A DNA stretch of 63,035 nt, the filler included. It is 5 parts of 5 records of this genome, joined end to end, with 100 filler letters (N's around TTAATTAATTAA, not from the genome) between each part and the next. Parts side by side here need not be neighbours in the genome. Positions count along the whole stretch, not along the records: positions 1 to 7,909 come from DRR723986_6956; positions 8,010 to 16,541 come from DRR723986_6958; 3 more parts are not named here. One strand, 5' to 3'. This document shows, in pieces, positions 1 through 8,102 of the stretch (its first letter is position 1; the number at the start of each line of letters is the position of its first letter). The notes under the pieces were generated by a model that saw only the letters and a program-made list of their open reading frames with translations, did not search any database and was not told where the DNA came from. The translations under genes were made by a program, and so were the position numbers.

Positions 1-66
1 ACCGGCAGAGTGGAGAATGGGGGTGTGGGAAAGATCGTCGCCCACAAGGGCATCCATTTTTGTCAT
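1..66 (-). CDS. 5' fragment of an unidentified gene divergent from the LysR regulator (MTKMDALVGDDLSHTPILHSAG...), truncated by the window edge
   Basis: ATG at 66 preceded by GGA; frame open to position 1; divergent layout typical of a LysR target. Confidence 0.35.
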   Translation of the reverse strand, partial: MTKMDALVGDDLSHTPILHSAG

Positions 67-143
67 GCGTTGTCCTATCAAAAGCACCAAGCCACAAAGC
101 AAAGTGATGCCTTGCTGGCTATTATTCAGTTCCAACGCATATT

Positions 144-162
144 TTCACTGTTTCTGAGTGAA
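144..162. promoter_or_regulatory. Dyad TTCACT-N7-AGTGAA in the divergent intergenic region, candidate LysR binding site
   Basis: Perfect 6-bp inverted repeat with 7-nt spacer, about 40 nt upstream of the LysR start. Confidence 0.4.
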
Positions 163-203
163 TGATATTGAAACAAAATCCCAAATGTATGAGATAAACT
201 TGT

Positions 204-1085
204 ATGTTAGTTTCCCGCCGCTTTTTGCCCACCATCCCATCCCTGCTTGCGCTTGAAGCCGTTGATCGCCTTGGCAGCGCGTCGGCGGCGGCGGATGACC
301 TTGCCTTGACGCAAAGTGCTGTCAGCCACCAATTGAAACAGTTGGAGGCCCAAATGGGTGTTGATCTGATCTCGCGGGATCAGATGCGGCTGCAGCTGAC
401 TCCAGCCGGTGCGGAATTCGCCCAAGAGGCGCGGTATTTGCTCGAACGTTTGGGGCGCGCATCCGTCAAGTTGCGCGCCAATCCAACGGGTGGCTCGCTG
501 AATTTGTCGATTTTGCCGTCGTTTGGGTTGAACTGGCTCGCGCCCCGGCTCAAGGACTTTGTCCGTGCGCATCCCGAAATTACGGTGAACTTGCAAACGC
601 ACAACCTGCCCTTCAACTTTGAGGCCAGCCAAGCCCAAGCGGCGATCCACTACGGGACGCGGGATTGGCCCGATGTGAATTACCTGCCGCTGATGCCCAA
701 GCATGTGCTGCCAGTTTGCGCGCCATCCTTGATCGACACCCCCGCCCGTCATGCCAAGGATCTGTTGCAGCATCCGCTTTTGCATTTGGAAACGCACCCG
801 GATTCCTGGGAACAGTGGTTTGGTTTGCACGGGGTCGCGACGTCAAAACTGGAAGGGATGTTGTTTGATCAATCATCGACCATGACACAGGCGGCGCTGC
901 ATGGTTTGGGCATTGCCCTGCTGCCCACCTTTCTTGCCGAAGATGAGATCGCCCAAGGGCGTCTGTGTCTGGCCATTCCGGGCGCCGCCGTGTCGCTGGG
1001 CGAGTATTTTCTGGTGTGGCCCGAGAAACAGGCCACGAACTATCCGCGGATCAAATTTCACGAATGGCTCATGACCCAAACCTGA
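204..1085 (+). CDS. LysR-family transcriptional regulator, GcvA-like
   Basis: N-terminal HTH (LALTQSAVSHQLKQLE), WLAPRL and GLGIALLP effector-domain motifs, 293 aa. Confidence 0.92.
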   Translation: MLVSRRFLPTIPSLLALEAVDRLGSASAAADDLALTQSAVSHQLKQLEAQMGVDLISRDQMRLQLTPAGAEFAQEARYLLERLGRASVKLRANPTGGSLNLSILPSFGLNWLAPRLKDFVRAHPEITVNLQTHNLPFNFEASQAQAAIHYGTRDWPDVNYLPLMPKHVLPVCAPSLIDTPARHAKDLLQHPLLHLETHPDSWEQWFGLHGVATSKLEGMLFDQSSTMTQAALHGLGIALLPTFLAEDEIAQGRLCLAIPGAAVSLGEYFLVWPEKQATNYPRIKFHEWLMTQT

Positions 1086-1097
1086 AGGGCTAAAGCC

Positions 1098-2027
1098 CTA
1101 TCGTAACCCTTGCGTTGCCTTTTGCATCGCGGTGATCAGCGCGTCACGTTTGGCTGAGAGTTCTGCTGGTGTTTGACCGCGTGCCTCGGATTGAACGCCC
1201 TGAATGAGGGTTTGCGCCACTTCGTCATTCAAATGGATCTGGCCCAGATCATCCCACCATCCATTGAACGTATCACTGAAATGATCGCAGAATGCGGCGA
1301 GACCACCGTCCCCGGCCCCAAGGTTGAACAACATCGTCGGCCCCATGGCCGCCCAGCGCAACCCCGGCCCTGCCCACATGGCTTTGTCTACGTCTTCGAC
1401 GCTGGCAACGCCCGAGGTTACAAGGCTGATCGCTTCGCGCCAGACGGCGGCCTGCAAACGATTGGCCACATGGCCGGGTACCTCTTTGTTGACCCGGATC
1501 GTTGTTTTGCCCACGCTTTTGTAGAACCGCTCTGCGGCTTCGACAACGCCTGCGGCGGTTTTGTCATTTCCCATCACCTCAACCAAGGGGATCAGGTGTG
1601 GAGGATTAAAGGGATGGCCCAAGATCATACCCGAGGGGTCAGCCCATCCGCCCTGCATTTGCCCAAGGGTCAAGCCCGACGCCGAGCTTGCCAGAACCGC
1701 ATCCTTGGACAAGGTCGGCTCGATCTCGGCATACAGCGCGTGTTTGATCGGGAGCCGCTCCGGCACGCTTTCTTGAATAAAGTCCGCGCCATCTACCGCT
1801 TCGGGGGCGGATTTGTGAAAGGTGAGCGCATCAGGCGTACCGTATTCCGTCAACCCCAGATCGGTCATCGTGGGCCACGCCATTTCCACGTAATCGCGCA
1901 CCTGTTTTTCTGCCGTCGAGGCCGGGTCAAACACCGCAACCGACCGTCCGGATGCAAGAAACAAGGCCGTCCAGCTGGCCCCGATAACACCGCCGCCCAA
2001 TGATGCGGTATGTGCAAATTCAGTCAT
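1098..2027 (-). CDS. 3-hydroxyacyl-CoA dehydrogenase family protein, carnitine 3-dehydrogenase-like
   Basis: GGGVIG Rossmann motif, QESVPE, GHPFNPPHLIPLVEV, GPGLRWA. Confidence 0.8.
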   Translation of the reverse strand: MTEFAHTASLGGGVIGASWTALFLASGRSVAVFDPASTAEKQVRDYVEMAWPTMTDLGLTEYGTPDALTFHKSAPEAVDGADFIQESVPERLPIKHALYAEIEPTLSKDAVLASSASGLTLGQMQGGWADPSGMILGHPFNPPHLIPLVEVMGNDKTAAGVVEAAERFYKSVGKTTIRVNKEVPGHVANRLQAAVWREAISLVTSGVASVEDVDKAMWAGPGLRWAAMGPTMLFNLGAGDGGLAAFCDHFSDTFNGWWDDLGQIHLNDEVAQTLIQGVQSEARGQTPAELSAKRDALITAMQKATQGLR

Positions 2028-2776
2028 TAAAACAGTCCCGGATTTAAGGGTGAAGCGGCCGTCATGCCCCCATCAACAGTGAAACATTCGCCCGACACAT
2101 AGGTTGATTGATCTGAGGCAAGCCACGCCACCATATTGGCGATATCTTTGGGGTCACCGAACCGGCCCACTGGATGGCGCGCCAAGGCATCGGCCATGGC
2201 TCGATCGGGATTATTGGCCAATGCAAACCCGTCTTCGGCCATTTCAGTCATGATCCAACCCGGACGGATTGCGTTGCACCGCACCTTGGGCCCATGGTCC
2301 ACCGCGATTGAGCGGGTCAGCCCATGCACAAAGGCCTTGGACGCATTATAAAGCGCCATGGATGGGTCCGCGACCACGCCTGAAATCGAGCCGATATTGA
2401 TGATATTGCCGCCCTGTTCGGCCATATCCACCAACGCCGCCCGGCACATGTTGAACACGCCTTTGCAATTGACGTTCATCACTAGATCCCAATCGTCATC
2501 ATCACTGTCGGCAACCGTCTTTTCGACCTGAACCCCTGCGTTGTTGACCAGCAGGGTGACCCGACCAAAGGTGGTGTTTGCCGTCTTGATCAGCGCTGCG
2601 GCGTCATCGGTTTTTGACACATCCGCCTGAGCCCAAATCACGGCCTCTGGCAGATCCTCGGGCCGCCCCCCGCGCCCACATGTGACCACGTTATGACCGT
2701 CGGCCAGCAAGCGCTCGACAATCGCGCGGCCAATGCCGCGGCTCCCGCCCGTTACAATTGCAGTGTGTTTATCCAT
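2027..2776 (-). CDS. Short-chain dehydrogenase/reductase
   Basis: TGGSRGIG, NNAG, YNASK catalytic motif. Confidence 0.93.
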   Translation of the reverse strand: MDKHTAIVTGGSRGIGRAIVERLLADGHNVVTCGRGGRPEDLPEAVIWAQADVSKTDDAAALIKTANTTFGRVTLLVNNAGVQVEKTVADSDDDDWDLVMNVNCKGVFNMCRAALVDMAEQGGNIINIGSISGVVADPSMALYNASKAFVHGLTRSIAVDHGPKVRCNAIRPGWIMTEMAEDGFALANNPDRAMADALARHPVGRFGDPKDIANMVAWLASDQSTYVSGECFTVDGGMTAASPLNPGLF

Positions 2777-2816
2777 GAGCCACCTTTGTTTGCAGTATCA
2801 TAGCGCCCTCTCTTGC

Positions 2817-3611
2817 TCAGAGTTTCATCTGCTGGACTTGGGCGGACAGACCACCATCAAGAACCCACAATTGACCGCTGGCATATCGGGCCTCGTCCGA
2901 GGCGAGCCAATTGACCAAGTTTGCGATATCTTCGGGCGTGCCATAGGTGCGCATCGGATGCACGTCGCGCACGGCCTGCTGCAAGGTGTCAATATTGCCC
3001 CCGTCCCCGCCTGATCCGTCGCCGGTGAAGAAGCTCTGCAACATGGGGGTGTCGATGTAACCCGGACAAATGGCGTTGACGCGGATGCCTTCGGGGCCAT
3101 GATCACAGGCCATCGCGCGCGTCAACGCATGCACGGCGCCTTTGGTTGCGCAATAGGCGGCCAGGCCGGGGTCCGCAATGAACCCGTCATAGCTGCCAAA
3201 GTTGATCAAGCTGGCTGATGTGCCGGATTTGGCCGCGGCCCGCATCAACGGCAGTGCATATTTCGAGGTCAAAAATGTTCCGGTGCAATTCACGGCAAAG
3301 GAGCGGTTCCATTCCTCGAGAGAGGTCTCTTCGATGGTTTTTTCGATTTCGATTCCGGCGGCGTTCACCAGAATATCCAGCCTGCCAAATTCGGCCTGCA
3401 CTTGGGACATTGCGGCCTGTACTGCGCCCTCGTCCGCCACATCCATTTCAACAAACCGACTGCCATCAGCGTCGTGTTGGGCAAGCGATCCCTCAGGGCT
3501 TAGGTCAGCGGCATACACAGTTGCGCCTTCGCGCAGAAACCGGGCGACGATTGCGCGGCCAATGCCGCCCCGCCCGCCTGTGACAAGTGCTATTTTTCCC
3601 TCAAGTTTCAT
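2817..3611 (-). CDS. Short-chain dehydrogenase/reductase (start revised to MKLEGK)
   Basis: TGGRGGIG, NAAG, YCATK; ATG at 3611 overlaps the sulfatase stop (ATGA). Confidence 0.92.
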   Translation of the reverse strand: MKLEGKIALVTGGRGGIGRAIVARFLREGATVYAADLSPEGSLAQHDADGSRFVEMDVADEGAVQAAMSQVQAEFGRLDILVNAAGIEIEKTIEETSLEEWNRSFAVNCTGTFLTSKYALPLMRAAAKSGTSASLINFGSYDGFIADPGLAAYCATKGAVHALTRAMACDHGPEGIRVNAICPGYIDTPMLQSFFTGDGSGGDGGNIDTLQQAVRDVHPMRTYGTPEDIANLVNWLASDEARYASGQLWVLDGGLSAQVQQMKL

Positions 3612-5149
3612 TCTGACTGACCTTCTTTCAGAGGTGGAAATCGATAGCGTCCTGCCGCCACCGTCCAATCCATGTGATTGCGTACATATTGCTGGCTGGC
3701 ATCGCTTGGCGGGTTGTAATCCCAAGGCTCGCCGGCGCCGGTTTCCATCGCAGCATGCAGCGCACGACGGGATTTTTGCGTTGTGATGATATCCGCGCGC
3801 AATTGGTTGCTGTTCCACCGCGCATCGACCTCTGTTGCGAAGGCCTTGGCCTCGGCTGCGTAGGTGGGATCGGATGCGACATTCACCCGTTCCTGAGGAT
3901 CCGCGGCCAGATCATAGAGTTGTGGGGGATCGACGTCACAATGGATGTATTTCAGTGCCCCGCGCCGGATCATGAACACCGGATAGGGGGTCATTTCTGC
4001 GCAATACTCGCCGATGGCTTCGTCCTTGGGGTCCGCTTCGCCCCGCGCCAAAGGCATCAGGCTGCGCCCATCCACGGGTTCCCCCAGCACGGTTTCATCA
4101 CCCCCGGCAATATCAACAAGCGTCGGCAGGACATCGACCAAAGAGCAGGCGTTTGAGGCGGTGCCTGACACCACGTCTGGCCCCGCTATGATCAACGGAA
4201 CCCGCGCAGAGTTTTCAAAGAAGTTCATCTTGTACCACAAGCCGCGTTCGCCGAGCATGTCGCCATGGTCAGCCGTCACAATCACGATGGTGTTGTCCAA
4301 TTCACCGAAATCATTGAGCGTTTGCACCATCTCGCCAACTTTGCTGTCGAAATAACTGACGTTGGCCAAATAGGCATGGCGCGCGCGCCGCACCTCTTCG
4401 TTGCTCAGCGGGACATAGCTGGCTTCGATCCCATCCATCAAGCGTCGCGAGAACGGATCTTGTTCTGAAGCCGCGAGTGTGAATTCGGGCAGGTCAATGT
4501 CGTCTTCGCAATAGAGATCCCACCATTCCGGTTTTGCCACATAGGGATCATGCGGGTGAATAAAGCTGGCCGCTATCGCAAATGGCGCGTCCGAGCCGTG
4601 TGCTTTGTCCCGCCCCCGACCAATCAACCAGCGTCGGGCGGCAAATCCAACTTCGTCGTCATAGTCGGTCTGAAACGTAGCAACCGCGACCCCGCTTTCC
4701 TTGACCGTCTGCATGTTGTGATACCACTTGTCGATCCGCTCGTCGTGGGCCTCCCAATCTGGAGTCCAGGCGAAATCAGAAGGGTAGATATCTGTGGTCA
4801 CGCGATCCTGAAAACCGTGTTTTTGGTCCGGACCAACGAAATGCATTTTGCCCGACAGGCACGTGCGATAGCCCAGCGCCTGAAGATAGTGCGCGAATGT
4901 TGGAATCGTGGCGCGGAATTCACTGGCGTTGTCATAGGCAGCAATGCGGCTGATCAGCTGACCAGACATAAAGGCAAACCGCGACGGGGCGCATAGCGGT
5001 GAATTGCAATAGGCCGCATCAAAGCGCATGCCACGTGCTGCCAGCGCATCCATATGGGGCGTCTTGGCGATGGGATGGCCATAGGCCCCACAAAACTGCG
5101 GGGCCAACTGATCAGCCATGATGATGACGATATTCGGGCGTTTCGGCAT
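3608..5149 (-). CDS. betC: Choline sulfatase
   Basis: PNIVIIMADQ, LCAPSR formylglycine motif, GKMHF, and BetC-typical WYHNM and YVRNHMD; GAGGG RBS before MPKRPN. Confidence 0.85.
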   Translation of the reverse strand: MPKRPNIVIIMADQLAPQFCGAYGHPIAKTPHMDALAARGMRFDAAYCNSPLCAPSRFAFMSGQLISRIAAYDNASEFRATIPTFAHYLQALGYRTCLSGKMHFVGPDQKHGFQDRVTTDIYPSDFAWTPDWEAHDERIDKWYHNMQTVKESGVAVATFQTDYDDEVGFAARRWLIGRGRDKAHGSDAPFAIAASFIHPHDPYVAKPEWWDLYCEDDIDLPEFTLAASEQDPFSRRLMDGIEASYVPLSNEEVRRARHAYLANVSYFDSKVGEMVQTLNDFGELDNTIVIVTADHGDMLGERGLWYKMNFFENSARVPLIIAGPDVVSGTASNACSLVDVLPTLVDIAGGDETVLGEPVDGRSLMPLARGEADPKDEAIGEYCAEMTPYPVFMIRRGALKYIHCDVDPPQLYDLAADPQERVNVASDPTYAAEAKAFATEVDARWNSNQLRADIITTQKSRRALHAAMETGAGEPWDYNPPSDASQQYVRNHMDWTVAAGRYRFPPLKEGQSE

Positions 5150-5252
5150 TGTTCCCTCCCTTAGTGACCGAAATGACAACGTTAGCCGCCACAGGGCGGT
5201 GGCTGATACGTCATCGGCTTGGTCCTAAACGCCCAAGGGAAACATGTGGCTT

Positions 5253-6392
5253 TCATCCGGCGGCCCGTTTGTAAGCCTCCAACACAAGCCCGTGGAAATG
5301 GTGCACTGCGTGTTCCGATTTACCGGACCCTTCGGGGTCATTTACAATGCGACCCTGCTGGAACGCCGGGGTGTTCATGCCGCGCTGGACACTTTCGACA
5401 AGGTTGATGTCTTCGACCTGCAGCACCTCATCGAGGTAGCGGATGGTATCAAGCTCGGCCTCGTTCGCGGTCTTTTCTTCAAGAAAGAAGTCATAAGTTT
5501 CGAGCGTGCGATCCGGTCCAACCGGGATGATGTTCAGAATGATCATCGACGACCGCCCCGGATACCGCATGATGCAGGTGTTCGGCCACAACCACCACAC
5601 CGCATGGGTTTTCACAGTGGCGTTTGACACGTCATAGGCACTGTTGGTGGAGTTGCCCGCATCGGCCATATGACTGGAATAGATCCCGTGGGTGGTCACC
5701 TTGTAGGTGTCCATGTCCACCAGATCACAGAAATCTTTGTGGGCCGTTGGGCAATGGTAGCATTCCAAGAAATTGTCGACGACGTTTTTCCAGTTGGACT
5801 TGATGTCATAGGTCAACCGATGAGCAAAGGTCAGATTCTCGATATCAGGGGCCCAATGCTGGATCTCGGTCGCAAGATCGCCTGTGATCTCGGACAAGGG
5901 CGCGGCCTGTGGGTCAAGGTTCACATAGACAAAGCCGCAGAACTCTTCGACCTGCACCTCGTCCAAACAGATATCACCGGTATCGAAATCCTGGAGGGTC
6001 TCTGTATGCGGGGCACGCACCAATTGCCCGTCCAGCTTATACACCCATGCGTGATAGGGGCACATGATGCGCGAGGTTTCCCCCTCACCTGACAACAGCT
6101 CGTGCGCGCGATGTTTGCAGACGTTGTAGAAGGCGCGCAAAACACCGTCGCGGTCCCGGACCAAGGCAATCGGGGACCCGGCAATTTCGATCGTTGTATA
6201 ACTGCCGGGATTGCGCAGCTTTTCAACGTGGCACACCCACTGCCATGTTTTGGCGATGATCTGTTTCAGGTCAGCCTGATGCCACAGCGGGTCCACATAG
6301 GCATCCGCCTTGAGCGACAGGGATTTTGACGCCTCAACGTCATACCCCGACGCGATGTCGTGAATTTGCTGTGAGCTGGGCAATACAGTCAT
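5253..6392 (-). CDS. Rieske non-heme iron oxygenase alpha subunit, CntA/YeaW/choline monooxygenase group
   Basis: Rieske ligands CKH...CPYH; mononuclear Fe site NFLECYHCPTAH; EDINLVESVQRG and SEHAVHHFH. Confidence 0.88.
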   Translation of the reverse strand: MTVLPSSQQIHDIASGYDVEASKSLSLKADAYVDPLWHQADLKQIIAKTWQWVCHVEKLRNPGSYTTIEIAGSPIALVRDRDGVLRAFYNVCKHRAHELLSGEGETSRIMCPYHAWVYKLDGQLVRAPHTETLQDFDTGDICLDEVQVEEFCGFVYVNLDPQAAPLSEITGDLATEIQHWAPDIENLTFAHRLTYDIKSNWKNVVDNFLECYHCPTAHKDFCDLVDMDTYKVTTHGIYSSHMADAGNSTNSAYDVSNATVKTHAVWWLWPNTCIMRYPGRSSMIILNIIPVGPDRTLETYDFFLEEKTANEAELDTIRYLDEVLQVEDINLVESVQRGMNTPAFQQGRIVNDPEGSGKSEHAVHHFHGLVLEAYKRAAG

Positions 6393-6534
6393 GGTGACTC
6401 GTGTCCTCTGGCAGGTGTGGCGGAGGCTGCAAGGCGTCCCGTTTTGCAAGAATTATGGATTTCCGTTGGATTTTCTGCGCCTAAATGGACATTTATTTAT
6501 CTTTTTTCGCCACTATCATCACTCTCAGCACGGA

Positions 6535-7548
6535 TCACTCTGCTTTGCGATGCATTGGCCAGGCCCTGAATTCAAAGGGCACGCGCCCCTCGGTGCGATC
6601 ACTGCGCGGCGGCAATCCAAAGCGATCCCGATAAGCGCGGCTAAAATGCACTTGGCTGGAAAAGCCCGAGGCCACCGCGACCTCTGCCAGTGGCAGCTCT
6701 GTCTGGGTTACCAATCCACGGGCCCGATCCAGTCGGATATCACGATAATAAAGCACCGGCGTTTTGTTCACGTAGCGGGTGAACAGACGGTTCAGTTGTC
6801 GTTGCGACAATCCGATGGCATCGCAAATCGTAGGGATCGCAAGCGGCACCTCTAGGTGTGCCTCCATCAAAGCGATGGCTTGTTTCACAACATCCGGGGC
6901 ACGTTGGCCGACGGGCTCAACCAACTGCGGGTTTTGACGTGCCCCAACAGGTCGCACATAGTCATGAAAGATATACCGCGCCGCCGCGTTGGCCAGACCA
7001 TCGCCATGGGTGCCCCGAATGATGTGCAGTGCAAAATCGGCAACTGCAGCGCCGCCGCAACAGGTCATTCGATTGCCATCAAACACACACAGCTCTTCGG
7101 TTGTTTCGACTTGGGGATAGAGTTCCTGCATCGCGTCTATGTGTTCATAGTGGACGGTCGCCCTGCGCCCGTTGAGCATCCCCGCCTCTGCGAGAATGAA
7201 CGCCCCGGTGTCTAATGCCCCGACCGTGCTGCCTTGGCGTGCCCATTTCCACAGCGCGGCATGCAGGGGGGTCGTATTGTGGGCCTCGGGCGTCCAACTG
7301 GCCGACAGGACCACAAAATCTGCCGCAGTGTCTGCAACATCCGCAAGGGCCACAGTTGCAAGGCTCAGCCCGTTGCTGGCCCTGCATTGCCCCCCCGATT
7401 GCGAGGTGATTTCCCACTGAAAATGGGCGCGCCCGTCCAAATAGTTGGCTGCCCGAAGCGGGTCCAAAAACCCAACTGTAGCGGCCATATTGAAATTCGG
7501 CGTGACCAAGAGCAGCAGCCGGATTGTTTTCTGATCGTCGCGCGTCAT
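6535..7548 (-). CDS. GlxA-family AraC regulator (GbdR/CdhR-like)
   Basis: DJ-1/amidotransferase-like N-domain (LDTGAFILAEAG) plus C-terminal double HTH (GFSSQVHFSRAY). Confidence 0.92.
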   Translation of the reverse strand: MTRDDQKTIRLLLLVTPNFNMAATVGFLDPLRAANYLDGRAHFQWEITSQSGGQCRASNGLSLATVALADVADTAADFVVLSASWTPEAHNTTPLHAALWKWARQGSTVGALDTGAFILAEAGMLNGRRATVHYEHIDAMQELYPQVETTEELCVFDGNRMTCCGGAAVADFALHIIRGTHGDGLANAAARYIFHDYVRPVGARQNPQLVEPVGQRAPDVVKQAIALMEAHLEVPLAIPTICDAIGLSQRQLNRLFTRYVNKTPVLYYRDIRLDRARGLVTQTELPLAEVAVASGFSSQVHFSRAYRDRFGLPPRSDRTEGRVPFEFRAWPMHRKAE

Positions 7549-7752
7549 GCGTTCATTTCTATAAGCCTGAGATCCTGCGTTGCATGGTATTCAGGCGCCA
7601 ATGGGCGATGGGTTTTGCCATGATTACAGCCCCTCGGATCAAGAGCAAGCGAGGGGGAGAAATCAGGCCTTGATCGTCGAGGGGCTAACAGGTCTATACG
7701 GGGGATAGGTCAACGTGACCGGCCCCGAAACAGCGGCCTGTTTGTTTGCCCC

Positions 7753-7821
7753 TTTTCAACACCCGACAAATGGTCTATGTGCGCGGCTTCACGCGGGGAT
7801 ACAGCCTTGGAGGATCCCTGC
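7753..7821 (+). promoter_or_regulatory. rplY promoter (TTTTCA-N17-TATGTG) and 5' leader hairpin GCGGGGAU...AUCCCUGC
   Basis: Stem 7793-7800/7814-7821; homologous copy at 8010-8078 on the minus strand of the next contig. Confidence 0.65.
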
Positions 7822-7841
7822 CCTAACTTTGGAGAATTATC

Positions 7842-7909
7842 ATGGCTGGAGAGATTCCTGATCTCGTAGCAATGGAACGGACGGGGACAGGCAAGGGCGC
7901 CGCTCGTCA
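7842..7909 (+). CDS. rplY: 50S ribosomal protein L25/Ctc, 5' fragment
   Basis: GGAG RBS, MAGEIPDLVAMERTGTGKGAAR matches the alphaproteobacterial L25 N-terminus; not in the ORF track. Confidence 0.9.
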
Positions 7910-8009
7910 NNNNNNNNNNNNNNNNNNNNNNNNNNNNNNNNNNNNNNNNNNNNTTAATTAATTAANNNNNNNNNNNNNNNNNNNNNNNNNNNNNNNNNNN
8001 NNNNNNNNN
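7910..8009. other. Artificial contig spacer
   Basis: N runs flanking TTAATTAATTAA (stops in all six frames), 100 nt. Confidence 0.99.
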
Positions 8010-8078
8010 TGCCTCCAAGGCTGTCACCCCGCGTGAAGCCGCGCGTATAGACTGGTTTGGCCTAATTGGAAAGGGGGA
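8010..8078 (-). promoter_or_regulatory. Second copy of the rplY-type promoter/leader, truncated at the contig end
   Basis: Reverse complement of 8010-8052 matches 7773-7815 at 37/43 nt; same -35/-10 spacing (TTTCCA-N17-TATACG). Confidence 0.7.
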
Positions 8079-8102
8079 AAACGCATGGCCCGCGGGCCAA
8101 GA

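Noticed and set aside
204-1085. Possible decay of the LysR gene (atypical residues such as LETHP and FDQSS)
   Set aside because: Full-length and uninterrupted; cannot be judged without an alignment
7773-8052. Apparent inverted repeat spanning the first spacer (transposon ends or a giant hairpin)
   Set aside because: The arms lie on different contigs; better explained as two homologous rplY leaders
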